DNA of 64,000 nt from contig OZ245056.1 of assembly GCA_965224705.1 (NCBI GenBank), positions 128,001-192,000 of the forward strand, read 5' to 3'. The position numbers and the translations under genes are program-made. This DNA is from Spirochaetaceae bacterium. Its GTDB lineage: Bacteria > Spirochaetota > Spirochaetia > DSM-2461. The first letter of the stretch is position 1. The number at the start of each line of letters is the position of its first letter. The notes under the pieces are model-generated. The model was given only the letters and a program-made list of their open reading frames with translations, searched no databases and was not told where the DNA came from. Positions 1-11,455 of this stretch are shown in pieces.

Positions 1-258
1 AGTGAGGATGGCCGGAATATGCTCCATCGGCAGAGGTTTGTCCGTTCGAACCGGAACTCTCGACAGAGATGCGCATTCGGTGCTTAGCGCTACGGTTGTC
101 GTGACTATCCGCTTCGGGGAATTGATTTCTTCAACAGCATAGTCCAATCCCCTGGGACAGCGGTTTCCGCTGACCTGGAGCACCCCTCCGGAGTCTCGAT
201 TCACGTCTAGATGACAACCTATCGGACACGCAATGCAAACCAGGCTGCGCTTCGTCAT
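1..258 (-). CDS. DUF1667-type CxxC protein (3' end runs off window)
   Basis: Not in ORF track. Manual translation MTKRSLVCIACPIGCHLDV...SGNRCPRGLDYAVEEINSPKRIVTTTV. ATG overlaps the upstream stop (ATGA). Usual third gene of this oxidoreductase cluster. Confidence 0.8.
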   Translation of the reverse strand, partial: MTKRSLVCIACPIGCHLDVNRDSGGVLQVSGNRCPRGLDYAVEEINSPKRIVTTTVALSTECASLSRVPVRTDKPLPMEHIPAILT

Positions 259-1508
259 ATATTCACCTCTATTACTGAATCTTCCTTGAAAATAGTCGGA
301 TCGATATCCCCGCAGTGCAAATCCATGGAAACCATCTCCGAAGGCTGAATATGGTGTTTTTTAATTGTTTTGATGATTTTTCCATCCACCTTGATTTCTA
401 TCATAGCACTGTTTTTAACGATCATGCTCCGAAAGTAAATCCTGTTGAATCCTTCGGGATTATACTGCGTTGGATTCACATATCGGACATTGCTGCCGGC
501 TATTATGCACACCTGACATTGAGGCCGTGAATTTTGCAGGTAAGCGGCGACATATTTCCCTGTCCTGCGCGCTTCTTCAGTAACGTAATCGACAATATCA
601 TGGACATGGAGCACATTGCCGGCGGCAAAAAATCCCGGGATATTGGTCATCATAGTGGAATCCACAATGGGACCGGAAGTCTGGGGATTGATCGGAATTC
701 CCGCTTCCCTGGAAAGCTCATTTTCCGGAATCAAGCCTGCCGAGATCAGCACAGTATCGCAAGGGATGAAAAAACCCTTGTCATGGACAGGGGCTCCCTG
801 TTCAAGGGGGCAAATGTCCACGCCTTCAACCCTGTGATGACCGTGAATTTTGGTAACAACATGGCTTAAGTATAACGGTATGTCAAAATCCTTGAGGCAT
901 TGGACAATGTTTCTGGCAATTCCCGATGGATAGGGAAGAATTTCGACCACTCCATGAACTTTGCAGCCCGACCAGATCATCCGGCGGGCCATAATGAGTC
1001 CGATATCACCCGAACCGATGATAAGCGCTTCCTTTCCCGGTAAAAAGCCATCCAGATTTATTAGGCACTGGGCAAACCCGGCCGTGTATACACCGGCGGG
1101 CCGTGTGCCGGGTATCCGTAAATTCCCCAGATTCCGTTCCCTGCTGCCCATGGCCAATACCACGGCCCGGCAAGAAAAAAGGATATGCCCATCTTTGCCG
1201 TTAAGGCAAATTACCTGTATGCCCCCCTCACCGTGTTTAATGGCCATTACGGTTGTGTTCAGCAGTATCTCGATATTGCTGGACTTAACCCGTTCAATGA
1301 AGATATCAGCGTATTCAGGCCCGGTCAATTCTTCATGAAACTCGATTAGCCCAAATCCGTTATGAATACATTGAAGCAGGATGCCGCCCAGGCGATCTTC
1401 CCGTTCAGCGATAAGGACATTGAAGCCCTGGGCGCGTATTTCCAGGGCAGCGGCCATTCCGGCAGCACCACCGCCAATAACCATGACATCAATCGCTCGT
1501 GTTTTCAT
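255..1508 (-). CDS. NAD(P)/FAD-dependent oxidoreductase (pyridine nucleotide-disulphide family)
   Basis: GGGAAG and GSGDIG Rossmann motifs, GGILLQCIHNGFG, FAAGNVLHVHD. Start moved to ATG 1508. Confidence 0.85.
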   Translation of the reverse strand: MKTRAIDVMVIGGGAAGMAAALEIRAQGFNVLIAEREDRLGGILLQCIHNGFGLIEFHEELTGPEYADIFIERVKSSNIEILLNTTVMAIKHGEGGIQVICLNGKDGHILFSCRAVVLAMGSRERNLGNLRIPGTRPAGVYTAGFAQCLINLDGFLPGKEALIIGSGDIGLIMARRMIWSGCKVHGVVEILPYPSGIARNIVQCLKDFDIPLYLSHVVTKIHGHHRVEGVDICPLEQGAPVHDKGFFIPCDTVLISAGLIPENELSREAGIPINPQTSGPIVDSTMMTNIPGFFAAGNVLHVHDIVDYVTEEARRTGKYVAAYLQNSRPQCQVCIIAGSNVRYVNPTQYNPEGFNRIYFRSMIVKNSAMIEIKVDGKIIKTIKKHHIQPSEMVSMDLHCGDIDPTIFKEDSVIEVNI

Positions 1509-2967
1509 TTGCAGCACCAAACCCTAAGCGATCCGAGCTGAGAAGTTCACTCCCGGGGCCATGTTTTGTGATTTCCCGAAAACTCATGCCGGTTTCACGC
1601 ATGAGAATCTTCATTATCCGTCTTTTGCAAAAAGAGCCCTGGCACCGCCCCATTTCCGAACGGCTGTAAAATTTTATTCCGTCTATGGTGTGATGTCCCT
1701 TCTGTATCGCCGTGACAATCTCGGCCTCCGAAATTTTTTCACAGCGGCAAACAATGTTGCCAAATGCCGGATTCTTCTTTATCAGTTCGTCGGCTTTTTC
1801 CATGGATATACTTCCATAGCGGTCTGTATCCTCCAGGAAGGGATCGTAGTCAGTTTTTTCGACAAGAGTTAACCCTGCCTTTTCAAGCAGGTTTCGGACA
1901 TACTCCCCAATTGCGGGCGAGGCGGTTAAACCTGGAGACTGTATGCCGGCAACCTGGATGAAGCAGGGTGCTTCCTTTGATATGTCGATGTAAAAGTCTC
2001 CTCCTGCAAGAGCAGGTCTGAGACCCGCGAATGAACTGATGGCATCATGCCTGGAAACTTCCCGCATCATCTGCCGGGAAGCATTGATAACCAGGTCCAG
2101 CTTCTCCTGAGTTGTCGATACATCTTCCTTGCTGTCCGTAATGTCCGCGGTGGGGCCGATAAGAACGGTGCCTTCAATGGTTGGTATAATGAGGATTCCC
2201 TTGGATATGGTGTTTGGTACTGGGAATAAAACATGGCGAGGGCGGGTTTTAGTCGTTTTATCCAGGACGAAGTATTCCCCTTTGCGGGGTTTTATAGTGT
2301 ATTGTTCAGCATTGAAGATATCGGATATGACATCCGCGTACAGCCCGGCGGTGTTTACAACAAACCTTGCCGACACGCGGCGGCCATCAGCGGCATGAAC
2401 TGTATACCTGTTTTCACGGAACTCGGCCCTATCCACCTTGAAGCCCGTTAACAGGCGCACTCCGTTTTTCAGTGCGGATTCAACCAGGGAAAAGCCGTAC
2501 AGGTAAGGTTCGACAATGCCGCCGCCAGGTGCGTACAGCGCCCCTTCGGCATCAGCGTTAATGTCCGGCTCCAGAGATAACAATTTTTCCCGTGAGCATA
2601 TCTCCAGATCCTGAACCCCGTTGTCAATGCCCTGCTGGTACAAATGCCAGAGGTACTTCAATTCCTCTCTGCGCATGGCCACCACCAGTATTCCACAACG
2701 CTGAAAAGGGAATTTCAATTCTCTCTGGAGGCGGTCGAACATGGCATTTCCCTTAATCTCCAACTCGGTTTTTAGATGTTTTTTATGGTGATGAAACCCT
2801 CCGTGGATTATACCGCTGTTGGCTTTGGATGTTTGAAAAGAAACATCCGCTTCCTTTTCCAGCAGTATTGTACTGGCCTGGTACCGGGAAAGAGTTCTGG
2901 CGATAGAGGCTCCGCTTACACCTGCGCCGATTATAGCGACATCAACATTGCAATCCTGTGTAGACAC
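1489..2967 (-). CDS. FAD-dependent oxidoreductase with C-terminal BFD-like [2Fe-2S] domain (glycerol-3-phosphate dehydrogenase-like)
   Basis: IIGAGVSG, TSKANSGIIHGG, GIQSPGLTASPA, C-terminal CRCE...GRCQGSFC. Start moved to GTG 2967 behind a GAGGG RBS. Confidence 0.85.
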   Translation of the reverse strand: MSTQDCNVDVAIIGAGVSGASIARTLSRYQASTILLEKEADVSFQTSKANSGIIHGGFHHHKKHLKTELEIKGNAMFDRLQRELKFPFQRCGILVVAMRREELKYLWHLYQQGIDNGVQDLEICSREKLLSLEPDINADAEGALYAPGGGIVEPYLYGFSLVESALKNGVRLLTGFKVDRAEFRENRYTVHAADGRRVSARFVVNTAGLYADVISDIFNAEQYTIKPRKGEYFVLDKTTKTRPRHVLFPVPNTISKGILIIPTIEGTVLIGPTADITDSKEDVSTTQEKLDLVINASRQMMREVSRHDAISSFAGLRPALAGGDFYIDISKEAPCFIQVAGIQSPGLTASPAIGEYVRNLLEKAGLTLVEKTDYDPFLEDTDRYGSISMEKADELIKKNPAFGNIVCRCEKISEAEIVTAIQKGHHTIDGIKFYSRSEMGRCQGSFCKRRIMKILMRETGMSFREITKHGPGSELLSSDRLGFGAANENTSD

Positions 2968-3067
2968 ATTTGAAACCCTCTGATCGAATCTACTTCTATT
3001 ATGGGAAAGGGTCAATCTCTGAGGTGGATCCCTTGAATCAGTTGACCATATCTCAGGAGAGAACCAT

Positions 3068-3463
3068 ATGCCTATCGCCCATGTTGTTTTCTCGGCAATG
3101 CATCGTCTTAGCAATGAAGAGAAGAAACTTCTTTTTGATTATTGCAGTGATATTTTACAGAAGACAGGAAATTATGACGAGATAAAAGTTATTGTCTTTG
3201 CGGTTCGTGGGGAGTGGGAAAATCTATCCGACACCATAATAGAAAAAATGAGAAATGGGGATGCTTTTATCGATTTCATTTTTGAATATCTCTACAACTA
3301 TATCGTTGATGATGAACGTTGTATCCGTATGGAAGTTGAAGCTGTATTTATTGCTATGCTAAACGACCTGAATTGTAAAATTTATACAGTACTCAAAGAT
3401 TACCGCTACAGCAATAAAGTCGCCCAAGCCATAAAATCCTACGAACAAAACATAGAATTTTAA
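3068..3463 (+). CDS. hypothetical protein, possibly tautomerase superfamily (Pro-1)
   Basis: AGGAGA RBS upstream. Begins MPIAHV...LSNEEKKLL...IKVIV, resembling the 4-oxalocrotonate tautomerase beta-alpha-beta unit. Confidence 0.5.
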   Translation: MPIAHVVFSAMHRLSNEEKKLLFDYCSDILQKTGNYDEIKVIVFAVRGEWENLSDTIIEKMRNGDAFIDFIFEYLYNYIVDDERCIRMEVEAVFIAMLNDLNCKIYTVLKDYRYSNKVAQAIKSYEQNIEF

Positions 3464-3501
3464 CACGATTTACAGGATACAATGCCAATCATAAGCAGGG
3501 C

Positions 3502-3900
3502 CAGGGTAATTGCATCTAATTCTGTCCCAAAAAAAAAATGAAAAACACTGATTTTTGGAGTCAATGGAAATTCTTATCTAGTGTCTCAAAGAATGTGGAA
3601 TCTCCTCAAAGCGGCATTAAACCGCAGAGAACGCAGAGGTACGCAGAGAGATATAGGGGAGCTCTTAAAACCGCTTAGAGCTGCCCGTGGGCGCATGGAC
3701 GCACCCACATTTTGGGCAAAACGCCCAAAATGGAGAAAAAGTCTTACTTTAGTCCGGGTTTTTTCGTCTCTATAGCATAAACAGATTGGTCAACATGTAT
3801 CTTGAACACTCTGCGCTCTCTGCGTCCTCTGCGGTTAAAAACCCATGAATAAGGCTTTGAAGAACACTCTGGCTAGTGGATTTTAGATGCGATTGCCCTG
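3502..3900. mobile_element. non-autonomous MITE, IS4-like ends
   Basis: 18-bp TIRs CAGGGTAATTGCATCTAA (3502-3519) and TTAGATGCGATTGCCCTG (3883-3900), 2 mismatches. Exact 10-bp flanking duplication TAAGCAGGGC (3492-3501, 3901-3910). No transposase. Confidence 0.85.
3620..3836. repeat. internal inverted repeat built of CGCAGAG units
   Basis: AACCGCAGAGAACGCAGAGGTACGCAGAG (3620-3648) versus CTCTGCGCTCTCTGCGTCCTCTGCGGTT (3809-3836). Confidence 0.75.
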
Positions 3901-4043
3901 TAAGCAGGGCTTGCTGAATAAGTCATGATCATAGATTTTCTCAATAAAAGCCAACTACAATGAACGATTTGCGCTGAGACGCGGCGGCATATAATCGCCT
4001 GCTGGAAATCCAATCTTCTCTGATTTGAATTGAATGGGAATAG

Positions 4044-4730
4044 TCAGCCCGTGGTAAGACAGTCCTCCAGGGCCTTCCTGTCCAGGATGTGCATGATTCT
4101 TCCCTCGGCTCGCAGTATTCCCCGGCTGTAGTATTCCGAAAAACTCCTGGAGAGGGAGGGCCGGGCCACTCCAAAGAGATCCGCCATCTGCTCTCGGGGA
4201 TAGGTGAGATGTACGCTTTCGGTTCTCTGCCTGTGTACCAGGTTGAGGAGGTGGCCGGCTATCTTCTGACTGATGGATTCAAAATTAAAAAGACGGATCT
4301 TCTCCGCCAGAAAGACGACCTTGTCGGCAGTGTCCTGGAGATAGTTCATGAGAACGGTCGCATTCGTTTGAAAAATCTGTATCACCTCCTGCCTGGGGAA
4401 GCAGGCGATCCGCAGGTCGTTGTTGGCCCTCACCGTTACCGGCAGGGTGTTGTCCGAGGCAAAGAGAACCCCTGCCGCCAGCGCCTGAGATTTTCCAAGG
4501 GTTTCAATGATGACCTTCTTCCCATTGGGGCTGAGAATTTCCGCCGAAACCTCTCCCCCCAGGAGGATGAGAAGCTGGTTGTATTCGTCCCCCTGAAAGC
4601 GGATAATACTGTCCCGGCGATAGCTTTTTATGTCGACCGAAACCCCTGCCAGAAGGGATTCTAACTCTCTTAGGGGTACTTTTCGGAAAACAGGACAGCC
4701 CGCAAGAACTTCCATATCTTTTTGATTCAT
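4044..4730 (-). CDS. hcpR: Crp/Fnr family transcriptional regulator (HcpR-like)
   Basis: cNMP-binding-type N domain, C-terminal HTH REQMADLFGVARPSLSR. Divergent from hcp. Confidence 0.85.
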   Translation of the reverse strand: MNQKDMEVLAGCPVFRKVPLRELESLLAGVSVDIKSYRRDSIIRFQGDEYNQLLILLGGEVSAEILSPNGKKVIIETLGKSQALAAGVLFASDNTLPVTVRANNDLRIACFPRQEVIQIFQTNATVLMNYLQDTADKVVFLAEKIRLFNFESISQKIAGHLLNLVHRQRTESVHLTYPREQMADLFGVARPSLSRSFSEYYSRGILRAEGRIMHILDRKALEDCLTTG

Positions 4731-4762
4731 AATTCCTCATTTTCTCATTTTTTTCGATGAAT

Positions 4763-4776
4763 GTAACATGGGTTAC
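4763..4776. promoter_or_regulatory. putative HcpR operator GTAAC-N4-GTTAC
   Basis: Perfect palindrome GTAACATGGGTTAC in the hcpR-hcp intergenic region. Matches the GTAAC-N4-(G/C)TTAC motif type known for HcpR2 regulators. Confidence 0.7.
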
Positions 4777-4837
4777 GGAGGAAGGCGACCCTTTTCCATA
4801 AACTTATCCTATCATCACTTTTTTTGGAGGAAATACT

Positions 4838-6469
4838 GTGAGTATGTTTTGTTTTCAATGCCAGGAAACCGCCGGAAATACCGGCTGTAGGGTCAGGGGT
4901 GTTTGCGGAAAGTTGGATACCACCGCCAACCTTCAGGACCTGCTGGTTTATGTTGTTAAGGGTATCGCCCTTTACGGGGAAATCCCGGCGGCCCGGGAAG
5001 AGGTGGAAGGCGGGGTTGGCCGTTTTGTTATCGAAGCCCTCTTTGCGACCATCACCAACGCCAACTTTGATGAGGATCGGATCATGGCCCTCATTAAGAG
5101 GGGGTTGAAAATCAAAGCAGATCTGGCCTCCCGAACAAGAATTACCGGCGAACTCCCTCCGGCGGCCCTCTGGACTTCCGATGATGAAGGGGAGATACGC
5201 CTCAAGGCGGCCCAGGTCGGCGTACTGGCAACCGAAGAGGGGGATGTTCGATCCCTGAGGGAACTCCTCCTCTACGGTCTCAAGGGTATCGCCGCCTACG
5301 CCGACCATGCCGCCGTGCTTGGTTATGAAGATACATCGCTCTATCTTTCTTTGATGGAAGCCCTGGCCTCCACCACCAAAGAGCTGTCGGTGGAGGAGTT
5401 GACGGGACAGGTCATGAAGGCGGGGGAGTTGGCGGTGACCGCCATGGCCCTCCTGGACAGGGCCAATACCAGTACCTACGGCCATCCGGAGATCACCTCG
5501 GTTGACATAGGCGCAGGACCCAATCCGGGCATCCTTATTTCCGGCCACGACCTTAAGGATATGGAACAGCTTTTAGATCAGACCGAGAACACCGGGGTAG
5601 ATGTCTACACCCATGGGGAGATGCTTCCCGCCAACTACTACCCCGCCTTCAAGAAGTATAGCCACTTCCACGGCAACTACGGAAATGCCTGGTGGAAGCA
5701 GGATAGAGAATTTGCCTCCTTCAACGGTCCCATCCTTATGACCACCAACTGCATTGTTCCGGTGAAGGACGCCTATCGGGAGAGAATATTCACCACCGGC
5801 ATGGCAGGCTATCCCGGCGTTTTCCACATAGAGGCAAATGCCGATGGAACCAAGGATTTCTCAAGGATCATTGGGTTGGCAAAAACCTGCCCGCCCCCCC
5901 GGGAGATCGAAACCGGAGAGATCCTGGGAGGATTTGCCCACAACCAGGTTTTCGCCCTGGCCGACAGGGTGGTAGAGGCCGTCAAATCCGGCGCCATCAA
6001 GCGGTTCGTGGTGATGGCCGGCTGTGACGGCCGCCAGAGAAGCCGTGAGTATTTCACCGACCTGGCAGGTGAATTGCCAAAGGATACCATCATTCTCACC
6101 GCCGGATGCGCCAAGTATCGATACAATAAGCTCAATCTGGGAGAGATCGGCGGCATACCCCGGGTACTGGATGCCGGACAGTGCAACGATTCCTACTCCC
6201 TGGCGGTGATCGCCATGAAGCTTAAGGAGGCCTTTGGCCTGGAAAGCCTCAACGATCTGCCCCTCTCCTTCGATATCGGGTGGTACGAACAGAAGGCCCT
6301 GGCGGTGCTCCTGGCCTTGCTCCACCTGGGGGTGAGGGGGATTCGTCTCGGGCCCACCCTTCCCGCCTTCCTGAGTCCCGGGGCGGCGAAGATTCTGGTG
6401 GAGAATTTCGGCATAAAGGCCGTCGGCGGGGTGAAAGAGGATGTTCAGGCAATGATGGCCGGTGCCTAG
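4838..6469 (+). CDS. hcp: hybrid cluster protein / hydroxylamine reductase
   Basis: MFCFQCQET...C...GVCGK N-terminus, [34 protein letters not shown]. Confidence 0.97.
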   Translation: MSMFCFQCQETAGNTGCRVRGVCGKLDTTANLQDLLVYVVKGIALYGEIPAAREEVEGGVGRFVIEALFATITNANFDEDRIMALIKRGLKIKADLASRTRITGELPPAALWTSDDEGEIRLKAAQVGVLATEEGDVRSLRELLLYGLKGIAAYADHAAVLGYEDTSLYLSLMEALASTTKELSVEELTGQVMKAGELAVTAMALLDRANTSTYGHPEITSVDIGAGPNPGILISGHDLKDMEQLLDQTENTGVDVYTHGEMLPANYYPAFKKYSHFHGNYGNAWWKQDREFASFNGPILMTTNCIVPVKDAYRERIFTTGMAGYPGVFHIEANADGTKDFSRIIGLAKTCPPPREIETGEILGGFAHNQVFALADRVVEAVKSGAIKRFVVMAGCDGRQRSREYFTDLAGELPKDTIILTAGCAKYRYNKLNLGEIGGIPRVLDAGQCNDSYSLAVIAMKLKEAFGLESLNDLPLSFDIGWYEQKALAVLLALLHLGVRGIRLGPTLPAFLSPGAAKILVENFGIKAVGGVKEDVQAMMAGA

Positions 6470-8578
6470 GAGTCGTAAACCCTAAACCTGCGGGTAAAGT
6501 CTTTTCAGTTTTATCCGAGCATCCCTGGTGGTAAACTGCCAATCGACTTTATTTGCAGAGTTATTTCTATCCAGATTCCACTTTTCTGTTTCTTGAACCA
6601 GATGTTCAATTAAACGGCAATGAAATTAGATTGTAAAGGATCCTGTAATTAGAAAAGATGCATCGCCCTTTTTCAAACCGGAACCTGCAATTATATTCTG
6701 GAAAATTACTGCAGTTTAGCAGCAATGCTGGTACACCTTCCCTTCAATGATGAGGGAATCCCAATCTCTTCGCTTGTGCTTGATAGGGAGGAAGGCGGCT
6801 ACGGCTCTGGGCTTATCCATAAGTACCTGTTGCTTGCGAATAGAACGGCGAAGGAATTCTGGGATAAACACGGTACACATGCCGAAAGACCTCTTCAGCC
6901 TTATTCCTCACATCTTCTTCACTATACAAATCCACGGGCAATCCGGTGTCATCACTCCATAAAAAATCACGTATGGCGATGCGGACAGCATCCCGCGTGA
7001 TTACCTTTTCGCGCCATTGATCGATTTGAAGCTTCTCGGCCTTGAGCGTTTCCAGAAGCTGGACTGCAACTGTTTTTATGCGGCCAATGTCTTTGGCGTT
7101 CAAATCGGGCTTCTTTAGGAGATCGAATAGGGCCAGGTTCTCTTCATCCAAGCCTTCGCGCATTGCCCGGCTATCTTCATCGTCGAGTTCCTGTACCAGC
7201 TTTAGAAGTGCTTCAAAGGTTTTTTCTATCGTCAGCCTGTCCTTCTCCCGATTGTATTCGGACACCACATCCTCATAGTGTTTCTGGAAGTCTGCCCTGA
7301 GCGGATTCCTCTCCAAAAGTTTTTTCAGCCTTTGTTCGATGGCAAGCTTGAGGTTCTGAACTATCGTGCGTTTTTCCTGTATTCGCACGAATTCTTGCCG
7401 AAGCCTGTCAAAGTCGATTTTGCTAATGTCAAAGAGGGGTGTCTCCTCAAGCACTTGATTGGGCTGGGTTACAATGGCCTCATCCACAACCTGGTGGAGC
7501 TGCCGAATAATGTCTGAAACATCGGCCTGTTCCCGGTCACTCTGAAGTGATTTATAAACGATATTGATTGCATCTCTCTTGGCGATGTGCGTTGACACCC
7601 TTTACATTGATGCACGCTTTGAACTTCTTAAACACCTCCCGGCACATCACTTCAAATCGCTTTCGGGTTTCATCATTTTCGTTTGCCGCTTCTTTGCAGG
7701 CAATGATCGCCGCGTTTCGATCAAAGCCAGTTTTGTCAATGACGTCATCCAGCGATGCATCTCTGTCGATGAGAAATTTACATACAAGACCAATGGCCTC
7801 GCGGAGGTCGACCAGCAATTCTTCATCTGGCTTTGCCGGTTCAGTTTCGTCATCTTGTCCATCAGCCGTTGTTCCGGCAAAAGTGGCCAGGGCTTTTCTC
7901 AAGTGTTTGAGAACACCACAGTAGTCAACAATTAGACCGTTGTTTTTTCCTTCATTGACCCGGTTGGCACGGGCGATGGCTTGCATAAGCGTGTGGGCCT
8001 TGAGCGGCTTGTCCAGATAAAGAGCAGCAAGACTCGGTACGTCAAAGCCGGTCAGCCACATGGCACAAACGATGGCGATTCTAAAAGGATGCTCCTCGGC
8101 TTTGAAAGCCTGATCCATTTCCATCCTTTGCATGTTTCGAAATTGCGGTTTGCTCCGCATTGATTCCGGTAAATCGATTCCTTCTTTGATAAGGCGGCGA
8201 TGCGGAAGGATGTCCAAATCCCACTTTCTAAATTTATCGACTTCGCCTTGTTCCTCACTCACAATCACGACAATGCGAGTCTCTCCCATCCATTCGATTT
8301 GCCGATTCAGATATATCCTTTCCTGTTTGTCAAATACTCTTTTCCTTTGCTTTTCGAGTCTTTCAATTTCCTCTTTCCAGTGTTTGACGATCAGATCATG
8401 CATGCGCACACAGGTGACTTTGTCAATGCAAACAAACATCGCCTTACCCGTCTCCCACGCCGTGGAATAGTGAGTGACAAAATCCCTGGCAACCTGCTTC
8501 AACCGCTTATTGGCCGTGATGATGTGGTAGTCTCGCTTCAGATCCTTTTCGAGGCGCTGCTTTACATCAATGTCCTCC

Positions 8579-9956
8579 GGCTCCCTGTCAGAATGTGTGG
8601 GTAGGGGGAGGAATCGGAAGCTTAGCTAAATCATGAAATAAAGCGATTTGCAGAACATTGAAGGTTCTAAAACCATAAGATTTTTTGACAGTGACTTTTA
8701 TTCGGTTATTTAAGCCCTCAACAACGCCGCTTGAGAGGTGATTTCTTGCCTTGAACCAGTTGAGTATCAAGGGCTTGTGCTTGCGAATCATTTTTGCCAC
8801 CACCTTTATCGGTGTAAGCCGACTTCGCATTGCCTGCCTAAGTCCATCTGTCAATGAACTTTCCCGCCCATGCCGGATACACATAAGTCCATAATCCATT
8901 GAAGTCTTCCTTGAGCAGATAAGCACGAATAGTCTTAAGATTGCCGCGCAAAAGTTCAGCCATTTTGATTTCCTGCTTGCCGCTCAGGTTTTCCCTTCTT
9001 TTCAATAGACACCAGCGTGAATTTTTCAACACGGCATCACTGCCATGATGACGTTTCATCTCACTCATCTCGCTGCGTCTGACCTGGTCAACAGCCTCAT
9101 TGAACTTTTTCATGATATGGAACCGATCCAGTATGTTCAGGGCATGGGGGACTTTCTCTGCAGCCACCCCCATGTAGGCTTTCCACATGTCGGTACAAAC
9201 ATAACGGATGCTTTTGCTTCGCTTCTCACCCAAAAGCGTGAAGAAAGGCTCAAGGCTTTCACCACTTCGGCCTTCTGCCATATAGAGCAGCCGCTTTTGC
9301 TCATTGTCAATTTGGTAGACCAGAGTCGCATATTTGTGGCCCTTGCCAATAGATATCTCATCTATTCCAATACTGGTGATGCCATCCAGGTTACGGGAGG
9401 CCAGTCCCACCGAGACAACAAACCTTACCGCACGGTAGACCGAGTGCCAACTGGTTTTGAACCGACTGGCCACTTCCTTCCATGACAGTACTTTTGCCCA
9501 GTCAGCAAGAAAATATCTGTAACCGCTGGTCATCTGATTCTTTCCGCTTGCCCAGGGAACATCCTCCTCCACAACCCCACAATTTGAACAGTTTGCACGC
9601 CTCTTTCGATAGACAAGAAACACCTTGATTCCCCAGATTGGTATAAACTCATAACGGCGTCTTTGCAACCTGTCATAACCGGGCATTTTTTGTTGGCATA
9701 TAGGACACACTGGCTTGCTATTCTTCCTCGGGACAACTTCAACAAGCAGTGTACCAGAGGCTCCATCCACAAACCGTACTTTTTCGTACACGAACCCCTT
9801 GAAGTGATAGACTTTGTTCAGTAATGTTTTGATTAGCACCGAATTCCCTCTGTTAGCTTTGTTTTGCGAGATTTAGTTTAACAGATTTCGGTGCTTTTTG
9901 TTTTCTTGCATTCTGTCTCGGAGCTTTAGAGCACCCACACATTCTGACAGGGAGCC
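8579..9956 (-). mobile_element. ISL3 family insertion sequence (1378 bp)
   Basis: Perfect 24-bp TIRs GGCTCCCTGTCAGAATGTGTGGGT. 8-bp target duplication TGTCCTCC (8571-8578, 9957-9964). Confidence 0.95.
8588..9839 (-). pseudogene. ISL3 family transposase, single frameshift near 8840
   Basis: Zn-ribbon CPIC...CSNC, IGIDE, CTDMW, LDRFHI, SGVVEGLNNRIK. Split across ORFs 8838-9839 and 8588-8926. Confidence 0.9.
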
Positions 9957-11455
9957 TGTCCTCCGTCTCCAACTCCTCCAGTTTCTCGGAGATGCGTTCA
10001 TTGATATCGCCGACTGCCACATTGAGTTTGTCACCTCGGGCATCGTAGTACAGTGGTACCGTGGCTTTGTCCTCAACGGCACGCTGGAAGTCATAAGTTG
10101 AAACATACTCCCCGAAGACTCGGCGAGTAATTTCGTCTTCTTTGAATAGCGGGGTTCCAGTAAATCCGATGTAACCGGCTCCCGGCAGGGCGTTTCTCAT
10201 ATTGAGAGCCAGCGTTCCGTATTGGGTACGGTGGGCTTCGTCGGTAATTACGATGATGTCATCTCGCTGGGTGTAACCCTCGTCTGGATCGACATCCTGG
10301 TTAAATTTTTGAATCAAGGAAAAGACATACGCCTTATGCTCAGAAAGCAGCTTGCCAAGATGAGTGCCGCTTGAAGCCCTGCAAGGCACACGGTCATGAT
10401 CCACTACACCGCATCCGGCGAAGGTTTTGTAGATTTGAGTGTCCAGGTCATCGCGGTCGGTCAACACGAGAAAAGTAAAATTCCCTCCCAGTTTGCGATG
10501 TATTTTTCGGGTGAACATTACCATGGAGTAGCTTTTCCCAGCTCCCTGGGTATGCCAAAAAACACCAAGTTTGCCCTGGCGTTCTTTGCGCTGTTTCACC
10601 GCTTCAATGGCACGATTAACGCCGAGAAATTGATGATTGCGGGCTACAATTTTTCAGGTTCACCGGATGATTCGTCAAAAAGAATGAAGTTCTCAACAAG
10701 ATCGATGAAGTTCTTCTTGTCGCAGATCCCTTTGAGCAGCGTCTCCATATCGACCACGCCGGGTTCATCTTCGGCCAGCCGTTTCCAATCGCAAAAGTGC
10801 TCCCATTTGCTGGTGATAGACCCAATTCTCGCTTTCTCACCGTTACCGAACATGACGATGGCGTTGTGGTGAAATATGTGCCCGATGGTATCGCGGTAAT
10901 CTGAAAAGTTGTCCTCGAAAGCGTTCTGTAAATTTCGGTGGATATTTTTGCATTCGATAAATAAAAGGGGCAGTCCGTTGACAAATCCGATGATGTCGGC
11001 TCGTCGCCTATAGAGGTCACCTTTAATCCATAGCTCTCGAACGCAAAGAAAATGGTTCTTGCCGGGTTCCGTGAAATCCAGCACCCGAAGGCGGTCTCGG
11101 ACACGCTTTCCCTTGGCGTTACGAAATGTCACTTGAACGCCATCGCGAATGATGTCGTACTTTTCCCGGTTGGCCGATGCGATGGTTTGCGACGCGGCTG
11201 CCGAGGTAATTTGTCTGACAGCATCCTCGTAGGCAGCGTTCGGCAGGTTTGGATTCAATTCGACAAGATTTTTTCGGAGAATCCGTACTAAAATCACCTC
11301 CCGGTCCGATTTCCTACCCAATAGGCTGTCTGGACCAAAATCTTCATTGTTGTAGGCGTAAACGGATTCCCACCCTAGCTGATGTTCCAGGTACTCGGCA
11401 GTGGTTTGTTGGACGAGTGTATCTTCGGTGTAATCGTTCAAAGCTCGTTCCCCCA

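Noticed and set aside
3581..3775. 64-aa ORF inside the 3502-3900 element
   Set aside because: Product of the CGCAGAG repeat and hairpins, with no protein motif.
4089..6542. Long antisense/overlapping ORFs across hcpR and hcp (e.g. 4745-5548, 4089-4664)
   Set aside because: Shadow ORFs of GC-rich genes with no motifs.
6671..6790. Possible second IS21 end with istA-like fragment (EGIPIS...LDR)
   Set aside because: Only patchy similarity to the end at 20188, no clean terminal TGT, and same orientation so it would not form a composite transposon.
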